Positions 60,431 through 64,000 of a DNA stretch of 64,000 bases are shown here, in pieces. The first letter of the stretch is position 1, and each line of letters opens with the position of its first letter. The position numbers and the translations under genes are program-made. This DNA comes from Glaucostegus cemiculus (Eukaryota), in assembly GCA_976551045.1 (NCBI GenBank), contig CDPCPM010000050.1, positions 11,656,001 to 11,720,000 on the forward strand, in the 5' to 3' direction. The notes below the pieces were generated by a model. The model worked only from the letters and a program-made list of their open reading frames with translations, ran no database searches and was not told the DNA's origin.

Positions 60431-61899
60431 TTAGGATATACAGTTTTATTTTTTTGTAAAAAAAATAACTACTCTGTGCAAAATGACATATGGAATATAT
60501 GCTTAGCCCCTTTATATAGCTTATGCTTGAGAGCTGTGAATCTAAGATATAATGCAGAGCGTAAGAGCTGTCTTGCCCTAACTGCAACACAGATCTGCCG
60601 GGTCTTACAAGCCAGTGCTTGGATAGGGAATTGGGAAGTAAATTGACAGGGAATCACTTTTATGTGTCTAGCTGGCCAGTTGGCCGGTCTTCACTGGTTG
60701 GTGACTGAGAATGTTTAGTTTTACTTCCCGCCTTACAAAGTGTATAATCATTGTGCATGGTTCTAGTGATCTTCGCAGCAAGCCTGGATTTATTTTTTTT
60801 GACAGTCAAGAAACATGCATTTCATTAAAGCTTTGTTGTGTTCATGGGACTCTTTTTTTTCGCAGTAATTCTTTTATCTTGCACTCACACCCTGGGCATT
60901 ATGAACATTCATCAAAGCAATTGACGTGGACAAAATTAGTGCTTCCTGCTATGTAGGTCAGATAAACTTTGCTGAATATTGATTTTCGACAAAGAAAATG
61001 ACACTAGTCGGTCTTCACCCTTTATCTGAACAGCCCAGAAAGACATGGGAAAAGCGCACGTAGAGAAAAGTACCCAGAAGAATTACTGTTATCTTACCTC
61101 CCACAAGACGAAGACAACAGATAAGCTCGGGGAAAAAAAACTCCCTGAATGCAGTGCTGTGCCAATGGGTGCACTGCAATTCCCAACCCAATTGTTCTGC
61201 TTGCTGGCACTGTTCATATTTTAAGTCCATTAGGGAGCTTTATTGTCATGAGGCTTCTAAACCTCACGAGGGTCCAGTGTCAGGGTTTCTTTTATCACTC
61301 TCTGTAACTGCGTAATTATAGAGTAAAAGAAGATAATTTTCAGGCAGTAAGCAGATAAAAGAAAATACAGTGCTACAGTTGTAGCTTGTTATCTCGTGCT
61401 CGACAGGCCAGGTAGCATTGTTATGTTTTAAAAAAAAGTGTGCTGCAGTGGGGAGTCAGAGTGTTGGCAGATTCAGGAAGGATGATAGAGTCGGCATCAG
61501 TATGTTTCGTGATAGGAGTGGATTGAGGAAAACGTATCATCAGATCAGCGATCTTTGTGAGGGAAAAGGCAGTCCTTGCAGAGGAAGCCATATCTCTTTC
61601 TGACCTAAACTGGCCACATATAAAAGGATTTAAAATATCTGATTTACATAACGTCATCTTTCATAAACTTCAGATTACCCCGAGAAAGCAAAAGGATTTG
61701 TTCAAATTTACTTATTAAGCAGTTGTGCGCACTGTCCCTAAGACAGAGCAGTAGTATTTTATTAAGGTGTGCTGAGCCTCAAATGATGGAACATTACATA
61801 AGGGCAACTAGCTCTCAGCAGTGGTGAAATTCATGAAGACTGACAAACTGCCAGTCTATATTATCAGATGTCAGGAATTTCTTTTCACACACTTCAGCC

Positions 61900-62190
61900 A
61901 AGAACTAGGGGTCACTGTTTAAAAATAAGGGGTCACTCACTTAAGAAAGAGATGAGGCAAATTTATTTTTCTCTCAGAGGGTTGAAAATCTTTGGAACTC
62001 TCTCCATCGAAGGACAGTGGAAGTAGAGTCTGAGTGATTTTAGGGCATAGTTATATAGATTCTTGGTAAGCAGAGGGGGCAGAGATAGGTGGGAATATGG
62101 AAATGAGGTTACAACCAGATTAACCATGAACTTTTTGAATGTCAGAGCAGGTTTGAGGGGCCAGATGGCCCCTGCTGCTCCTAATTATGC
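61900..62190 (+). mobile_element. CR1 LINE 3' end
   Basis: Translates RTRGHCLKIRGHSLKKEMRQ...SQRVENLWNSL; 3' UTR gagcaggtttgaggggccagatggcccctgctgctcctaatt. Confidence 0.88.
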
Positions 62191-63857
62191 TTGATTATAC
62201 CAAAACTGTATGTAGGATGTAGCTCTAATGACTATTCAGAATCAAGATTTTTAAAACATTTTATTGTTCACATGGATTTTTAAGGAAACATATTAACAAT
62301 CTTTTCAGAAACATGTTATAAAGGGAAAAGCACTGAAAAATAAAATCACAATTTGGGCTAGTTTCCAAGGCAACAAGATCTGTAAACTGGGGATCTTGTC
62401 TCCTGATGCAACCATGTGGAAGACATGAATGGGAGGGGTAGAAGAGATATCCCAACCATCGTGATGAGGGGCAGGAGTTGGTGAGCCAGCTGGACTTCAT
62501 TTGCCTATTCTCTAAAGCTACACAAATCAGTATAACTGCAATGCTCACCGCAATAATTTAAATTGCTCTCTCAAGATTCAGCAGCTCTGCACCTTAACAA
62601 AGTTAATGTTCCTGACCCGAAGCCTGGTGCATAAAGGGTTAAGCTAGCACATTTACCCCGATGGGAGCTGCACCATCTCTTGTTCAACTGAAAAAATCAG
62701 ATGCTTTTTAACAGTTACAAAGGGTCAATTGGTATTCTGGGTTCATTTAAGCAATTACTCAAATATTTTTAAAACTCATACATTGTGTGAGAAGCTTATT
62801 GCTACAATTTTTTTTACATGTAGCCTTTTCTGGAAGCTGTTGCTTTGAGAAATGCTTTTACAAAAAAAACTTGATATGGCAATATTCAACTAAACGGTTC
62901 TGTGTCTGCTGATGCATGTGAAGAAGCCATTTGCAAGTGACAGGGGGTGGAAATATAAGGTTTTAATTACAAACTGCAGCATGCAGTTGTCATGCTGCCA
63001 ATGTTGGGATTGTCAATACACTATTTCTGTCATAACAGTATTGTTGTGTTGTTGGAGGTGTTGGCTGGCAATCCCAACATTGGCACTTAACTCTTTTAGC
63101 TGTTATACATGGAATTTAGATCTCCAACCGAAGATAAGCCTTCATCTGAGTGCATTCTGAGAATATTGCTCACTTTAAAGAGACAATGCCACCAAATTCA
63201 ACTAACTTTATGACAGAGTTTGCAATTTTTTCGGCTGGAAATGAACAGCCAGTGTTGTTGGATCACAGGTTTTTTGCCCTTTCGTTCTAAAAGACATTGA
63301 GGTCAGGTGCTGTGTGAAGATGGCAGTAGCTCACCAAAGTACCAGTTTTTGCAGGTGAGCTTGGATGGTTAGTGTTGTGGGGGGGGGGGGGGGCAAGGTG
63401 AGGGTAGTAACTATCGATCCTGATATCATCCAACATTGGGTTCACTGGCTACCAGAGCAACCAATGTTTCCCCTCCATGGACTAGAGATCCTGAGGTGCC
63501 AGTCTGCAGATCTGGAGACTTTCCAGCTCTACGTGATATTACCCGACACCATTTCGTTGATTGATCAAAACACATGCCTTTACTCATTAAATAACGGGAT
63601 TTGAAGTTATTTGCAAACCAATTAAGACAATGTTAGATACTGACATTGTGGCACACCTCTTTGGATAACAGGTACGTTGCTTCTTAACGTTATCTTAGGC
63701 GAATAAACTAACTCTGTTGTTTCCCCACTCTTAATGTTTTCCCAGTTGCTGCTGACGTTGCAAATCGGTTGCACTATGTTGGCCCTGTATTTGATGGGCT
63801 CTGCCATTTTGGCACATGCAGTACGGTGTTATTACTGCAGCACTGCAACACATGTGA

Positions 63858-64000
63858 TGTTACCAGACTCTTGGATGGAGCTCTCATGCACTAAAAGATG
63901 AATTCTTGATCTCCCAGTCAACTTCATTGTGGCCCTTGCACTTTGTCTACTTGCATTGCACTGCACTTTCTCTGTAACTGTAACATTGTATTTTGCATTG
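63858..64000 (+). mobile_element. Rex1/Babar-like LINE ORF end and 3' UTR (runs off window)
   Basis: gttaccagactcttggatgga (VTRLLDG, like the IRLLN terminus), then ttgcact-rich UTR gcactttctctgtaactgtaac. Confidence 0.5.

Noticed and set aside
63379-63393. G15 homopolymer
   Set aside because: Simple mononucleotide run, possibly of uncertain length in the assembly; no supporting structure.

Overview
Vertebrate non-coding genomic DNA (AT-rich, CpG-poor). Its repeats point to a cartilaginous fish, probably a batoid (ray/sawfish); this is an inference from the repeat repertoire. I found no confidently identifiable host protein-coding gene, tRNA, rRNA or CRISPR array. ORFs with recognisable homology are decayed transposon pieces: CR1 RT and C-terminus, RTE-clade LINE, Penelope-like GIY-YIG endonuclease, Ty3/Gypsy gag and probably Harbinger. 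The window looks like a large intron or gene desert, with dense nested retroelements between repeat-poor blocks that resemble enhancers (about 27-28.7, 31.6-33.5, 38.4-40.9 and 58.4-61.9 kb). The most notable signal is about 20 Penelope-like pseudo-LTRs whose consensus is a minimal type I hammerhead ribozyme. Several are ORF-less fold-back hairpin insertions with their own 8-11 bp target-site duplications (TSDs), and one subfamily has an altered core (CUGAUGC). Also seen: two pre-miRNA-sized hairpins, a probable SINE-CR1 chimeric insertion, a four-family nest, a 33-bp minisatellite and weak exon candidates. Family names were assigned by eye from remembered motifs, not database searches. Boundaries without TSD support are approximate.
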